From Somniosus microcephalus (Eukaryota), in assembly GCA_052327205.1 (NCBI GenBank), contig CM126203.1, positions 270,630,001 to 270,694,000 on the forward strand: a stretch of DNA of 64,000 nt, given 5' to 3'. A program made the translations under genes and the position numbers. Under the pieces are notes generated by a model that saw only the letters and a program-made list of their open reading frames with translations, was not told the origin of the DNA and did not search any database. Positions 63,324-64,000 of this stretch are shown here, one piece after another; position 1 is the first letter of the stretch; each line of letters begins with the position of its first letter.

Positions 63324-64000
63324 GGCCTAGAAATTCAGTATAGCCACTTTTGGGGCGGTAAAGTCGGGCGGCCGCTAAATTTTGCGCCCGGCGCAAAGTC
63401 GTGCCCCCTTCGCCAATATTCAGTCGCATCGCCCCAAGAGGTTGCTGCTGCGCTAAAACAGGCGATGCACGACTATCTTTAGGCGCTAAGCCGGCGGTGC
63501 TGAGCGATACCCCCGAGGCCGGGCGCAGCGCAGGTGCGGCGAGTTCTTGATTGACGGCAGACACTCTGGCACCGGTCATCTCTTAAAGGGGGAGGGTGGA
63601 TTTGTTTGCCTGCCACACCCTGCACACTGCAGCCCTCAACCTAGGCCTGACCACTTCAGCTTCACCTGTACAACGCCCAGGACTATGGAGAAGGCCGGGG
63701 AGAGAGCGCAGCGCTTCAGCGACGGTGACCTGAGGGTGCTGGTTGGCGGAGTGGAGTGCAGGCGCCATGTTCTGTTCCCAGAGGGTGGCAAGAGGCCGCT
63801 GCCCAGCGCCTACCGGAAAGCCTGGAGGGAGGTGTCCAACAGGGTCTCTTCCAACAGCGTGGTTGCCAGGACTCCTGTGCAATGCCGGAAGAAGTTCAAC
63901 GACCTCACTCGGGTTGTCAGGGTGAGTACCCTTTCCAGTGTCCTACTCATCCCTGCATGTGCACCTCACATTATGGGCAAAGGGACCTGAAAGCCCTAAT
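63324..64000 (+). mobile_element. Left end of a PIF/Harbinger DNA transposon (continues beyond the window)
   Basis: Starts GGCCTAGAAATTC, identical to the TIR of the MITE at 16881-17581. CpG-rich subterminal region followed by a Myb/SANT-like exon. Confidence 0.8.
63685..63921 (+). CDS. First exon of a Myb/SANT-like (trihelix, NAIF1/MSANTD-type) DNA-binding protein of the Harbinger element
   Basis: gactATGG start, 79 open codons: MEKAGERAQRFSDGDLRVLVGGVECRRHVLFPEGGKR...RKAWREVSNRVSSNSVVARTPVQCRKKFNDLTRVVR. Shows the R..RFS..L..L / W..V / R...QC.KK..DL pattern. Ends at a gtgagt donor. Confidence 0.8.

Overview
Vertebrate genomic DNA, most likely a cartilaginous fish (shark), inferred from the repeat content. 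Two genes lie tail-to-tail. PLPP1 (PPAP2A, lipid phosphate phosphatase 1) exons 2-6 are on the + strand (4140-38318), with all three catalytic motifs intact. The last four coding exons of MTREX (SKIV2L2/Mtr4 RNA helicase) are on the - strand (55687-38879). The stop codons are only about 560 bp apart and the poly(A) signals are interleaved. The introns are full of CR1 and L2-type LINE fragments, Deu-domain and older tRNA-derived SINEs, and DNA-transposon MITEs. The most notable signals are: (1) a recurrent ~135-bp Penelope-type unit carrying a minimal hammerhead ribozyme motif, including a ~200-bp fold-back copy with an 11-bp target-site duplication; (2) a PIF/Harbinger family, with a Myb/SANT-coding element starting at the right edge and TIR-sharing MITEs elsewhere; (3) a three-level nested insertion in PLPP1 intron 5. 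Repeat boundaries are approximate unless a TIR or TSD is quoted. No database searches or folding programs were run; family names come from recalled consensus features.
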